From: Oopsacas minuta | Lineage: Eukaryota > Animalia > Porifera | Reading direction: 5' to 3' | Assembly (NCBI GenBank): GCA_024704765.1 | Contig: JAKMXF010000017.1 | Span: 23,292-87,291 of the forward strand | Length of the DNA: 64,000 nucleotides | Shown: piece after piece, positions 12,201 to 26,100 of the stretch | Position numbering within the stretch: the stretch's first letter is position 1 | Layout of the letters: each line of letters begins with the position of its first letter | Position numbers and translations under genes: made by a program | Notes under the pieces: model-generated | Seen by the model: only the letters and a program-made list of their open reading frames with translations | Databases searched by the model: none | What the model was told of the DNA's origin: nothing

Positions 12201-15200
12201 TTACTGAGACTACAAATTCACACATAGTTACTATAGGTGAATCTACACATTTGAGAAATATTTGTTAACCAAACTTACTCAAAGAACTGCTGTTTACAAC
12301 ATATACAGAGTATACACTATCTGTATTGATGATACAGCTATAATATCCATGTTGATTAGAACTAATATTCAAACTACTGATCCCTGTATTAGTAGATAAT
12401 CTTGAGAGAGAAGTCTTATTAATTTCCTCGTTATCTATCAGAGATCTGTAGTACCACTCTACTCCATAAATTGGATTTGAAACAGTACAGCTTATCGTTA
12501 TAGTATCCTCAGTAGGTGATAGTACTGATCCGTTCTGTATTATTCCTTCTGTCAATGTTGAGATGAAATTGGGAGTTGTATAACCTGAGAATTGTGATAT
12601 AAGAAAACAAGAAACTATGCTGTTGTTGTAGAAATTACACTAGAGTTGGGTTCGCTTATTAGCAACTATCTTATAGGAATAAATGTATATTTGCAATATA
12701 GTTTCAGATTCCGAGTGTTGACTTTGTACAACTTATGTTCTTCTAAATTTCGCATTAGCAACTGTATGAGAACTAAAGCACAATGTTGTTAATAGGCAAA
12801 CTCCACTGTAACTTCAAAGAATATTAGAAGAATTTCCCAGAAATAAATATGGAATACTATGTAGATCCCTTATATGTAATTTATATTATTTATGACAGAT
12901 TACCAATTTACCATAGCTATTTGCAAGTAAGTAACTGTGATTCTATAACAATTTAATTTTAGACTATGAACGACCACCACCCCCTCAGGGCGAGAATTCA
13001 ATCACAGGATTCAGGCTATCAATCAGGTAGCAAGTCTGTAAGTAAGAATGTAGTGAGTAATTGAAATATTAACAAAACGGAAAAATTCTCAAGTAGCAAG
13101 TTAATACTTGTGTATTATTTGAAATCCATACTTGCTAACTGCCCATATTTGGGTGGGACTTCCCAAATTTTCAGACATGTATTGGGGGGCCAATGAAGCT
13201 AATGTCCCGCCATAACTTGTCAAAACCTTAATTGTTCCGATTTTTTAGTCCAGTCTAATACTAGTATGCTACGTCCCGCGAGGTCCCGAAAAATCACTAA
13301 TTTCGTCCCGCAGTTTTCTTCACTCAGGTTGTCAAGTATGGAAATTCTTTTTCCTGCACCGACTATACAAGATATAGTCGCCCAGTATTGCTAGATTCTC
13401 AAATTACAAGTTTACTATCTAAATTATATTTCTAATACCTGTGATATAATTATGACTTCTCCTACAAATGAAATCATTCAATCTGTTAGCACAGTTAACA
13501 TTCTTCCACTTTCCATCAGTCTTCATTACAACACAACTTCCTGAATTAAAGTCCTTAGGTGCATTTGATAAATAGTTTGTGTAGCTTACTTGTGTTCCAT
13601 CAATCCAGTTAAAACTCTCATCTCCATTCTCATCATACAATCCAATCCAGTATTTGCTGATTGTATCAGGGACAATAGTGTATAGGAAGTTATTCACTCG
13701 TTCTGAGGGAATACTAGTCAAGTCACCACCCCATATAGTACAAATATTCTGAGCACCAAACCAGCTGATCCCATCAGTATGCTCAAATGCTCTATAACAA
13801 GTCTCTTCATATATGAGATCACATCCATTAGAGGTAGCTATTTTCAATAAAACATGGTTTACTGACAGTAAATATTTATAGATTTAATGAATTCACAACT
13901 ACCAATTCAATATATCATAGAAAATTAACTTCCACGGAATTAACGCGAATTGTTAAATTGGCGTGAATTCATTGTCATTGGCGTTTTCATGACATTAATT
14001 CCTGTACAGTTTATTTCGATCAGTTATAATTCCAATACAGTCCTAACATGAATATGCAAAATCACAAACTAAATATTTACCATCTGCAACTGGGTTGTGT
14101 TCGATAATGCCTTCTCCAATTCGCGTTAATTCATGGAGCATTGATTTCCCATAATAAATTTTGAGGTAGTTTCCAACTTGATTTAGCAAATTACAAACCA
14201 TGTACATAATACAATAGTATCAGTCAAAGTATTCATATATTCAATATTACTTACCTAACTTCTGACAATAGTAAGAGAATACAGCTGCATCACAATTTCT
14301 ATCATGCCATCCATTTGACAATCCATTCAGTCTGTTGTATCTAAAACTAACACAATCACTTTCTACTGTCTCTGCACGAGGATACACTTCTGATTCTGGA
14401 GATGTAGCAAATTGTCTGTAATTATTGTCGCTACCATCTACCCATACAAATAGATTCGAGTTAGTATTAGCCTCATTAGTTCTGTCATTCAAACCTATCC
14501 AACTAGCAAAATATAAATTAATATCTGTTAGATAATACAATAATGTATCTTCTTGTTGAGACTTGATTGTAGTGAGATTTCCTCCCCAACTGATACAGCT
14601 ATCTTGAGCTGCTGTCCAAGATATTTTAGGAAAAGTAGTGAATATTGCAAATGTAGAATCATCATATGTAAGATTCCTCATCACGTCTAATTCTATAACA
14701 GAATATAATTAAAGATCTTTCTAACGGGGAAATTTGGTTGTGCAAACAAATATCCAAACAACATAATTGCTGCTGGAATAATAAATGCAGCAATCTAGCT
14801 AGGTTTGCTGAATGATTTGTAAATAGCTAAATTAGTTGCTGATTAGAGACCTGCCACGCTTTAATTGGTCTGGGATAGTAATAGCTGGTGTCTCTATTAT
14901 TCATACATGTACAATACTTACATCAATACTGTACACAACTTCACATAATTACCTGTAATATCATTTGAGTCTCTTTTACAAATAAAATCATTCATATTAC
15001 CACAGTCATAATTATTCCATTTTCCATCAGTCTCCATTGCAATACAACTCATTGAGTTAAAGTCATTAGGTGCATTTGATACATAGTTTGTGTATCTTAC
15101 TTGTGTTCCATCAATCCAGTTAAAACTCTCATCTCCATTGTCATCATACAATCCAATCCAGTATTTATTAGTTGTATCAAGGACAATAGTGTATAGGAAG

Positions 15201-18200
15201 TTATTCATTCGTTCTGATGGAACACTAGTCAAATCACCACCCCATACACTACAAGTAGACTGAGCATCAAACCAGTTGATTCTAGCATCAGATTCTTCAA
15301 ACACTCGAAAACAAAACCCTTCGTATGTAAGATCACATCCATTGGAAGTAGCTGGAAGATAGAGGTACATTCATACTCAAACGAGAATTTGGCTTTTCGC
15401 GCGACCTCCGGGCTTTGCGCCATAAGGAGTTATATTATCTAAATTGACAGCCTTCAGGGACCATAATTCAGTAATTCATGTTTTCATAAGTTGTTGAGGG
15501 AAATCCTTAACGATAGCTTATTTGAAGAAATTATCTCAATTTGTCCAATGGACAAGAAATTATTATTATTATCTTATCAAAAATAGATTTATGAATTTCA
15601 AAAATAAAATAATATGATGAGAAATCGATTCTAAAGAAAATATGCTAATTATTCATACCATCTGAATGAATAGAGTATATTAATTAATAGAATTACAAGA
15701 ATTTCAAAAAATACAAATATTTAATTTTACTTGTTGAATTGCGAAAGTCAGATAATTCTGATTGTGGAGGTTAAGTTAAGAGCATACTTGTCAACCTGAG
15801 TGAAGAAAAAAGCGAGACGGTTTATGGTTGCTAAAAAACGTGTTAGACATGAAGCAAAGTTGAAGATAACTCTATTTGTGGGAAATTTGCTGGTAAGATT
15901 CAAACTATCAAAACCTTTTGGAAAAATGTTGTCCGGATTAGGGAGATGCCAGGATCTTGGAGGTTCGACTGTTAATACGTAAATATAACTTAGATATTTA
16001 CCAACTGTCCCAGTTTTGGGACATGTGTTGAGGACCAATGAGGTTAATGTCCCGCCAAAACTTGACAAAAACGTTGATCCCGCTTTTTTGTTGTCAGTCT
16101 AATACACTGCCTGGCCAAACGTATTGGACCACTTTACCACTTGTGGCACAAGGCATTAATATGTTGAAAGATTCTACACAATTGCAGAAAGTAGACAATT
16201 TCGTGTTATCATTCGTTGCTTATGATATATTTAAGTTATATATTTTAAAAAATCACCTTTAGCCTATTAGTATACAACTAAGGTGACATGCCTTTGGTGC
16301 CAGGTGTCAATTGTGGCAGGGTGTTCCAATACTTTTGGCCAGGGAGTGTACCAATATGCTACGTCTCGCTATCCGTTGAAGAACTTCCAGCTTCGTCAAT
16401 TCAAATGCATCTCAAATTCTCAATATTCGATATTATATACAAATTGGATCTCCCATAGAGTTGTTGTTGTTTCTTAGATCCGGGAACCCTCCAGACGAAC
16501 TGTCCGGATCTCAGAGATTCTACTGTATATGTGAACTGATCGAGATATTGTTTATAGATTTATTTGTTTTTAGTTTAGAGTTATTCACTTCCCACTCTAC
16601 TAACCTGATTTCTGACAATAGTAAGAGAATACAGCTGCATCACAATTTCTATCATGCCATCCATTTGACAATCTATTCAGTCTGTTGTATCTAAAACTAA
16701 CACAATCACTTTCTTCTGTCTCTGCACGAGGATACACTTCTGATTCTGGAGATGTAGCAAATTGTCTGTAATTATTGTCGCTACCATCTACCCATACAAA
16801 TAGATTCGAGTTAGTATTAGCCTCATTAGTTCTGTCATTCAAACCTATCCAACTAGCAAAATATAAATTAATATCTGTTAGATAATACAATAATGTATCT
16901 TCTTGTTGAGACTTGATTGTAGTGAGATTTCCTCCCCAACTGATACAGCTATCTTGAGCTGCTGTCCAAGATATTTTAGGAAAAGTAGTGAATATTGCAA
17001 ATGTAGAATCATCATATGTAAGTTCTCTCAAAAGACCATAAACTACGTAAAGACATATCATTAAGGAATTATTGGACCAACTGACACAATCAATATCCAG
17101 CAGGAGTGTAGTATTTCGCTACGAATTTTAAAAAATCGAATAATGTGATCATTAATATATTGTTTTGATAAGCTTCCAGGCATGGGAATCAAATACATTT
17201 CTAATTTACAAAAAGTAACTCTAGAGAGGGGATGTAGCCCCTTCGAGGGATAAATTGGTCAAAATAACAAGTTTGTAAGTGGAAATACCTGCAATGAAAT
17301 TTGAGTTCCTCCTGCATATATAATTGTTGATATTATCACCACAGTCATAATTATTCCATTTTCCATCAGTTTCCATTGTAATACAACTCATTGAATTAAA
17401 GTCATTAGGTGCATTTGATACATAGTTTGTGTATCTTACTTGTGTTCCATCAATCCAGTTAAAACTCTCATCTCCATTGTCATCATACAATCCAATCCAG
17501 TATTTACTAGTTGTATCAGGGATAATAGTGTACAGGAAGTTATTCACTCGCTTTAAGGGCACACTAGTCAAGTCACCACCCCATACACTACAAGTAGACT
17601 GAGCATCATACCAGCTGATTCCTTCAGATGCTGTAAATATTTGATAGCAGAAGTTTTCATATATTAAATCACATCCATTTGAGATTCCTATAGAATAGTA
17701 ATTATAGTTAATGCATGAAGTGTTATACATTGTAATGAGAGTCCCAGATGATGACTGGTAGTTTATTGAATGGGTATTCTGTATATTGTATATTGAAGTT
17801 ATTAAGAATTCAATTTACCTGGTCTTTGACAGAAGTAGGAAAATACAGTTGAGCCATCACCACATTGTCTATCATGCCACCCATTCGATAATCCTTGTCC
17901 TCTTCTGTATCTAAAACTAACACAATCAAAATTGTCATTAGTAGCACGAGGATATGCTTCTTCTTCTGGAGTTGTAGCAAATTGTCTGTAGGTACTATCA
18001 CTACCATCTTCCCACCTAAAACTATTCGCGTCAGTACCAGCTTCATTCCCCATTCCTCTATCATTCAGACCTATCCAACTACCAAAATATTCATTTATAT
18101 TTGTTAGATAATAGAATAATGTATCTTCTTGTTTAGACTTGATTGTAGCGAGATTTCCTCCCCAGTTCTTACAAACATCTCTAGCATATGTCCATGATAT

Positions 18201-19271
18201 ATGAGTATCATTTGAACCTACTATTGTAGTGAAGATTGCAAAAGTAGAGTTGTTGAATGTTATTTCTCTGACTGGATCTTGTGCTGTAAAACAATCATTA
18301 TTAAATATTACTGATGTAGAACATAGAGTTGAAATATTAATTGTCAATCTGATTACACTGTTAATTCGACAAACAATCGGAAAGATGAAGAACACGTTAT
18401 AAATGGGAGTATAACATTTATGTATAAAGCTAGTGTGACGTTTGTGTACGGGCAGTGCGGCGTTTGTATACAAATATATGGTACACTAACGTCGCACTAG
18501 CTTTGTACAAGTATGACATTTGTTGAATTGTGGGTTAAAGCCACCAAATCACCAAATATAACATTATTCTTAACAAATTCAATCATAATCTCATTCACCA
18601 AGTAGATTTCTATTTAAAATACCTAATTTTACAACAGGAGGTAGACAGATATCCGGACAATATCTATATATATCCAAGAGCTATATTGACACTAATACAA
18701 GGTAAAAACTAGTACGACGTTTGTGTACAGATATGTTTGTACACAACTGTCGTACTGTCTGTAGACAAACGTGGCACTAGCTTTGTACACAACTGTCTCT
18801 GTACGCAAACGTCTCCCTACGCATGAATATACACTAATTGATATCCACGAAAAGTTTTAATTATTTCCATCATTTTGAAAATCACGAATACATACAATAG
18901 GACAAAAGTGTCGAATATGTGATCAATTATTTACATCCTTATTGACAAAACTCTTGTCTAAATTTCGTCTGAGTAGGTAACTTCTGTCTATTTTTTGGAC
19001 CTATTTTTTCGAACGATGTCGTGAGGACTAAATAGGTATAAATATGCAGGCAAATATTACAAATTACAAATATTTTACTCAAACAGTGAATTTCATACAT
19101 CAAAATATACTATCTCAGTTATCCCAGCACCAAACTAGAATTTCAAAGACACACCTTCCGACCTTCGTCTTAACCGAGGGTCAAGGTGTTAACATATTTA
19201 CCTGTTTGTATTTGAATATAAGACACTAATATCATACAAATTAGCATAAATTTTCTGCAAATAATTGACAT
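6205..19271 (-). CDS. Receptor gene A: signal peptide - 6x C-type lectin - 3x Ig-like - TM - tyrosine-motif (ITAM-like) tail; 10 exons
   Basis: Hand-spliced exons 19271-19202 (MSIICRKFMLICMILVSYIQIQT), 18283-17819, 17687-17289, 17042-16604, 15351-14953, 14692-14255, 13837-13439, 12584-12279, 12242-11925, 6911-6205; all introns GT-AG, phase 1; CTL motifs WIGL and WxxxxC; Ig C..W..YxC; long Ile/Val TM followed by RRRR. Confidence 0.8.
7190..7357. mobile_element. pogo/Tigger-like MITE
   Basis: Imperfect TIRs ctgtggaacctcattaa / ttaacgaggcgccactg, TA on the left flank. Confidence 0.5.
7686..8085 (-). mobile_element. Non-autonomous Helitron/Helentron-type (HINE/Lep1-like) repeat
   Basis: Reverse complement ends in acagacag microsatellite + gagatttaataatatagat; homologous to 28180-28609 and 62515-63415. 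Confidence 0.6.
8400..9205 (-). pseudogene. NHL-repeat gene fragment inside the last intron of gene A
   Basis: IYIADFGDCRIQVV, FKYPWGIAV, VYAADSNNNRV, SPKDVKV, FCLDPAGN motifs broken by stops and frameshifts; homologous to 34920-36079. Confidence 0.8.
9615..10130 (+). pseudogene. Second, more decayed NHL-repeat fragment, inverted relative to 8400-9205
   Basis: EWKLDYSLKKQPVIAVGK, GIAVTEDHV, GDVYVADDSNNRV; internal deletions. Confidence 0.7.
11381..11478. repeat. Tandem repeat (TTATTCTATA) x ~10
   Basis: Perfect 10-bp unit read directly from the sequence. Confidence 0.95.
13127..13340. mobile_element. MITE with CATACTTG-type TIRs (hAT-like); related partial copies at ~15783-16100 and ~19933-20110
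   Basis: CATACTTGCTAAC ... GTTGTCAAGTATG; shared internal 'aatgtcccgcc' and 'caacctgagtga' blocks; no clear TSD. Confidence 0.6.
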
Positions 19272-20181
19272 TGTGAATTAATCAAATCATAAACTAATAA
19301 AAATACAATTAATCTTCATACATTTTATTTATACTAGCAATTACTCAGTTGAGTAGGTTAGAAAATCCATAATTTAGAGAGTAATATGATATATATGTTC
19401 ATATTTCTGCTTATTGACTTGACACATTACTACTATTTAGATCACTTGACTTAATACAAAATTAATACAAAATAATAACATTTTCCAATATAAAATATTC
19501 AAAAAGGAGCAAAAAGTAATACCATATATCACAAATGAAAGTCTCTATCAAAACAAAGCCTAATTCTAAATGAGCTTTCTGTAACAAAAGGAAAAGAGAA
19601 GAAGTGGGATCTAAAGTTCATTCATTTAACTTTAAAACAGTACTCATTCATCAGTGAGAAGCAAGAGACGAAGTGAGACTAGAATAAAGTATACGAGTAA
19701 ATATACAAAATAGTAATCTTGAAAATATATACATATGCTAGAGAAAACCATAAGAGAGTTACAATATTAATTTGTTATAATTATGGTTTGAAATTTGCAA
19801 ATATTTTTAATGTCAGTTCCTGCACCTTCTATGTACTCGCTAGAATGTAAGGTGTGTAATTATTAGAAAACCAAATTGTTGTAAGTTTCAAATTTTTCTA
19901 TATTAAATTCGTAAAAAGAAATTTGACTATTCCATACTTGCCAACCTGAGTGATGAAAAAAGCGGGCAGGAAGTACATATTTTGCTGGACATCCTGGAAC
20001 GTGGTATATTTAGATAATTACATAAGACATGACTATAAAAGTGGGACAATTAAGTTATTTAGCAAGTTTTGGCGGGACATCAACCCCGCAAAAATCGGGA
20101 CAGTTAGAACAATAATACAACTCATTGGTGTTTTCGCATATATTTATTTCAATCCGACCTATATCATTTATAAATTGTAAA

Positions 20182-23100
20182 TTACATGCAACTAACCAGA
20201 TTTGTCATTGTATTCATCCTTTCACTTCTCAACTTCTTAACAATATGGAATATATCAATAGTACCCTTATTTCTGCTATCCTTGATAGCTTTATAGACTG
20301 TATAGAGAACACAACTCTTGCCAGCTCCATCTTCACAGTGGATTATGATTGGGACATTTGGAGAATGTTGTCGGAATTCAAATATTGTTTGTAGCAGGAT
20401 AATGGTACATTCAAGATTTGGTTCTTCATTTTCATTCCAATTTGTTGCGATAATTTGGGTAAATGATCGACTACTGTTATCAATAGTATGATGAAGATTA
20501 ATAGTGTTACGAATGAATACAGACTTTTCGCTGTTTATACATGTCAGAACGAAAGGTTCGGCTTGTAGAGGTTTCCCTGGAGTAGGCCAGTATACTTTAC
20601 GGTTAGATTTATCTTGTTCGATTTGTCTAAGCTTCAACGGAGAAGAAAGCATTACCACCAAAATGGGTTCCATTTGGTAGATGAGTTGATAGAAATCTCG
20701 AAGAGTATCTGTGGTTGGATGAATTGTGATAATTATTTCTCCCAAATCTAGTGAAGTTGCGTTGATGTAGTCTCCTTCCCAGGGCGGGGAACTTAGTCCT
20801 ACTCTATTACTGTCAGATGGTAGGACATGTTTTACCGGATTTTTATCTTTGTTAATTTCTAGGAGAGCATCCTTACAGACTGGAATAAATCCTTTTTCGC
20901 ACTGATAGTTGAGTTCACTGAATTGTTGATAAAACAAGGATACATAGCCTTCATCTTCAGATTGCATGTATAATTTGTATGTGTTCATGAATTCTTTAGT
21001 ACTGACAGAAGTGCTCCCAAGCAAAATTTCCAACACACATAGATAAATGAATTTGTATTGAGCAAATGTTTGTACCATCTGTGGACGATATTCTCTCATT
21101 TCGTGGACGATTCTGTAAATACTAATTGGCTTTGTTTGTTGGATAGTAGATAAAAGATTGTATAATGTCAGGAATGTTCCTGTACGGCCTACACCAGCAG
21201 AACAATGTACCAAAATAGGAGCCTTTGTTTTGACCAAGCTTTCCTGAACATTGGTTACAAACAGCAATAATTCATCATAGAGTAGTGGGACATCATGATC
21301 AGGCCATGCGGTGAAATGAAAGTGTTTAATACATACTGTACCTCCAGGAAAGTGAACTTTCATGATCTTTATGGCATACCCGGTAAAAATATCTTCTTTC
21401 TCAAGAGTTATGTCATAAGGTTCAATGACTAACGTTGAACCTATACTCACAGGAAAATAGGTCTCGCATTTCCTGCGTCCGGACTCTACTAAGTTTGTAA
21501 CCATTACAATGTTTACGATTTCATTCTCAATTATCATCTGCCAGAAACTTTGGAGAGTGTTTTCCTTTGGTCCTTGTGCAGCAATGAATTTCTCTTTGAC
21601 ATACACTCCAGGAATGTGACTAGCATTTATGTAATCTGTTGCATCGTGATCAGTATGCTGCAAAATAACGCGATGTTTATCATATGGATAGATCAATTTG
21701 AAACGATTTTTTGTTTTGTTTTCTTCTGTTCTTGCTGTTGTGCACGGATACCTATGTTCTTTTCCACCCAAACTTTCATATTCTTCTTGTAGCAATGTTT
21801 CCCGCTTCCAAAGCGTATTCATATGAGTTTTGAATATATCTATAGGAATAGGTAGCATTCTTGGATCCATAACCTCTGACACTTCTTCGTAATTTATTGT
21901 TTCTGTAAAACTTTTTTGTTGTATATCTTCCCGTGGTTGACTCTCTGGAGTCTTTTCTTTTGGCAACAATTCGCCTAGTACCATGTATCCTTCATCAAGT
22001 CCTGCTGTAGTATCGTCTTCAATGCTATCATCTTCTATTCGTTTTAGTCTTATTGTACTTCTTTTGCTTCTTTTATCGTTTTGATTAAACTTTTTTGAAT
22101 CTCTTCTCTTATACATTATTAACCAGACAACGAAGATAACTATTATTATCAGCATCAGCATTGCTATAATTATGACAATTGGTGCTACTATGTAAACTAC
22201 TAACATACTATTTTCAATAGCAGGTACTGTTGGTATATCTACCTCAATATACACACTAGCTGTAATGTATTGTACTCCTGAAGCTGTTTCTCTTACCAAC
22301 ATGTAGATTCCTTCATTCTCTTCAGATAATACTGGAATATTGTATGGGAGGGTAGTTATGTTAGTTAGCTTGTTTTGATTGATAAAATGTATCATCAAGC
22401 ATTGACTACAGATGAAAGTAACATTCTCAGCATTTGATCGAATGGTTATTCGTTCTGGAGATGGAAACATTGGATTGTTAGCATCGCTAAAAGTATTGCT
22501 GTATCCTTCATAGCTGATTGTTAGAGTAGCAGTGTCTAAAATAATGGTAATTAATTTTGAGTTTGATCTTACCAATTGGTGACCACCTTTGTTAGCATTA
22601 GTTTAATAGCAAGGGTGATTTTTCAGGATATTTTGAAAAGTGAACTTTCGATGCTATATAGCGTATTCTCATACTAAATGGTGTTCAACGCCCGTTAGAC
22701 AAACCCTGTTAAATTATACGAATGATAAAAAAATTAGTGTTAGTACTTAATAATAATTGCATATTTGTGATATATCATATAAATCTGATCATACAATCGT
22801 ACGGATTTCTGAGAAGATATATTGGAGTTAGCAACTGTAATCACTTGATATGGATAAAACACTTTTCAAAGTTTGGAATTGAACCCTAAACAATACTGCA
22901 ATCGGAGATAAGGTACCCCTAATCTTTGAATGGAGTTGTACCTCATTGGTTCGAATTATTTAAACGAGCATGCTTCCTTCTCTACACTATTCGTTCCTTT
23001 ATATTCTTTTCTAATAATATTACAACACTTCATTTACTAATGGAATGCATTACCTTCTTCTTACAATTTTCAAGGGAGCTCACTCCAATTGTGCTCCCAT

Positions 23101-26100
23101 ATTATTCTTCCAGAGAATTGTATTCTAGATTGTGAGCATCCGTTTGTATTGAATTGGACTATTGTACACACCAAAAATGCTCAGAAATAGAAACTTAAAA
23201 TCATATATATATATCAACAGTAATATTTTGTTACCTCTTATAGCTATTTGAAGACTTCCTAACAGAGTTACAGGACTCATTCTATAGAAACAACTCAATG
23301 TCTGTACACCTGCTCCAACATCAGAGAATATTATACTCAAATCTATAGGATTTGTATACTCATTGCTATATTCTTGAGTATCACCATTAGATATTGTGTC
23401 TGTAGTCCAGCGTAACGAGCTGTCTGAAATATCAGATACAGAGTAGTATAGCATTGAAGTAGTAGATCCAACAGTGTAGTCAATCTGTTGTGATGGATTA
23501 TCAAGACTTGTTACTGAGACTACAAATTCACACATAGTTACTATAGGTGAATCTACACATCTTGAGAAATATTTGTTAACCAAACTTACTCAAATAACTG
23601 CTGTTTACAACATATACAGAGTATACACTATCTGTATTGATGATACAGCTATAATATCCATGTTGATTAGAACTAATATTCAAGCTACTGATCCCTGTAT
23701 CAGTAGATAATCTTGAGAGAGAAGTCTTATTAATTTCCTCGTTATCTATCAGAGATCTGTAGTACCACTCTACTCCATAAATTGGATTTGAAACAGTACA
23801 GCTTATCGTTATAGCATCTTCAGTAGGTGATAGTACTGATCCGTTCTGTATTATTCCTTCTGTCAATGTTGAGATGAAATTGGGAGTTGTATAACCTGAG
23901 AATTTTGGTTTATAGAATACCATATTACCCCCAAATAATAGCCTGAGCGATTATTCACTTCAAGCCCACTTGAAAGGTAAGTTTCGATGTTATAAACACG
24001 AATTTGATATAACCATAACTATGTGCTTGCATTATGTCCATTTATTCATGGATATCTAGATTCTAGAATAATGATATCCATTATTTATCCTAACAAACAG
24101 TAGATTGATCAAAATGTAGGGGAAATATTTTCAAATACCACCATACGTATAAGGGAACGGTGTTCCCCCTAAGTACACCCCTGACTTTAATCAGTTATTA
24201 TTATTTTGGAGCCTCAGGGGGATTATTCGAGGTAATTCGGTACGTAAATTATCCTTACATTACATATATCTTATATTTTGTAGGAAATTTGTGGTTCTGT
24301 AGTAGCAATTACAGGATACGTTGATAAAGGTCAGAAGAATAGGACCAGAAATATGTATGAATGGTTCTATAATTTTGAGGGTATTTAAATTTTTATATAG
24401 AGCTTGACTACAATATCTCTTATTTATATTTAAATTTACTTGCCGCGCGACAGCTTAGGGCCTCAGGTTAGCTTAAATATTAAACAGCTACATTTCTTGA
24501 TGCTTTCAGCCGCTACACGAGGGGATATATTCAGCCACGTGGGGGTTAATATTTATGGAAATTTTAATGTATATTATCCATGCTCCGTGCAAATTCCATT
24601 TAATGGACTTCTGTGGTCATTAAAAGGAATTACGGAGCATGGAATACTGGAATTCGTATTCCGTGAATTCGAGGTACGTTTTTCCGAATCTATTCTGTCG
24701 CATAGCGACCAATAACACTATAAAATTTTGCTGTTAATTAATACTTTAAGCTAACTTGGAGCACTAAGCTGTCGCGCAGCAACCTAGCAAGCGAAGCGCA
24801 CATATATTAAATGTGTTTTATAGTAAGATTTTTGATATTCTTTAGTGAGGAAATTTATTGGTCAACAAGAAAAATAAGATGAGTAACCAATATAAATACA
24901 CAGAAAATGATCTAGTGGTTAGTAAACACCCTCCACAAACCTGCACTGTTTTTGCAAGTTAGAAATCCTTAATATGCTGCCTATATATATTTCTAATACC
25001 TGTGATATAATTATGACTTCTCCTACAAATGAAATTATTCAATCTGTTAGCACAGTTAACATTCTTCCACTTTCCATCAGTCTTCATTACAACACAACTT
25101 CCTGAATTAAAGTCCTTAGGTGCATTTGATAAATAGTTTGTGTAGCTTACTTGTGTTCCATCAATCCAGTTAAAACTCTCATCTCCATTCTCATCATACA
25201 ATCCAATCCAGTATTTGCTGATTGTATCAGGGACAATAGTGTATAGGAAGTTATTCACTCGTTCTGAGGGAATACTAGTCAAGTCACCACCCCATACACT
25301 ACAAGTAGACTGAGCATCAAACCAACTGATCCCATCAGTATGCTCAAATGCTCTATAACAAGTCTCTTCATATATGAGATCACATCCATTAGAGGTAGCT
25401 ATTTTCAATAAAACATGGTTTACTGACAGTAAATATTTATAGATTTAATGAATTCATAACTACCAATTCAATATATCATAGAAAATTAACTTCCACGGAA
25501 TTAAAACGAATTGTTAAATTGGCGTGAATTCATTGTCATTGGCGTTTTCATGACATTAATTCCTGTACAGTTTATTTCGATCAGTTATAATTCCAATACA
25601 GTCCTAACATGAATTTGCAAAACCACAAACTAAATATTTGCCATCTGCAACTGGGTTGTGTTCGATAATTCCTTCTCCAATTCGCGTTAATTCATGGAGC
25701 ATTGATTTCCCATAATACATTTTGAGGTAGTTTCCAACTTGATTTAGCAAATTACAAACCATGTACATAATACAATAGTATAAGTCAAAGTATTCATATA
25801 TTCAATATTACTTACCTAACTTCTGACAATAGTAAGAGAATACAGCTGCATCACAATTTCTATCATGCCATCCATTTGACAATCCATTCAGTCTGTTGTA
25901 TCTAAAACTAACACAATCACTTTCTACTGTCTCTGCACGAGGATACACTTCTGATTCTGGAGATGTAGCAAATTGTCTGTAATTATTGTCGTTACCATCT
26001 ACCCATACAAATAGATTCGAGTTAGTATTAGCCTCATTAGTTCTGTCATTCAAACCTATCCAACTAGCAAAATATAAATTAATATCTGTTAGATAATACA

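Noticed and set aside
17779-17818. A second ultra-short 40-nt intron after CTL1
   Set aside because: That acceptor leads to an in-frame stop; the AG at 17689-17688 restores the frame, giving a ~130-nt intron.
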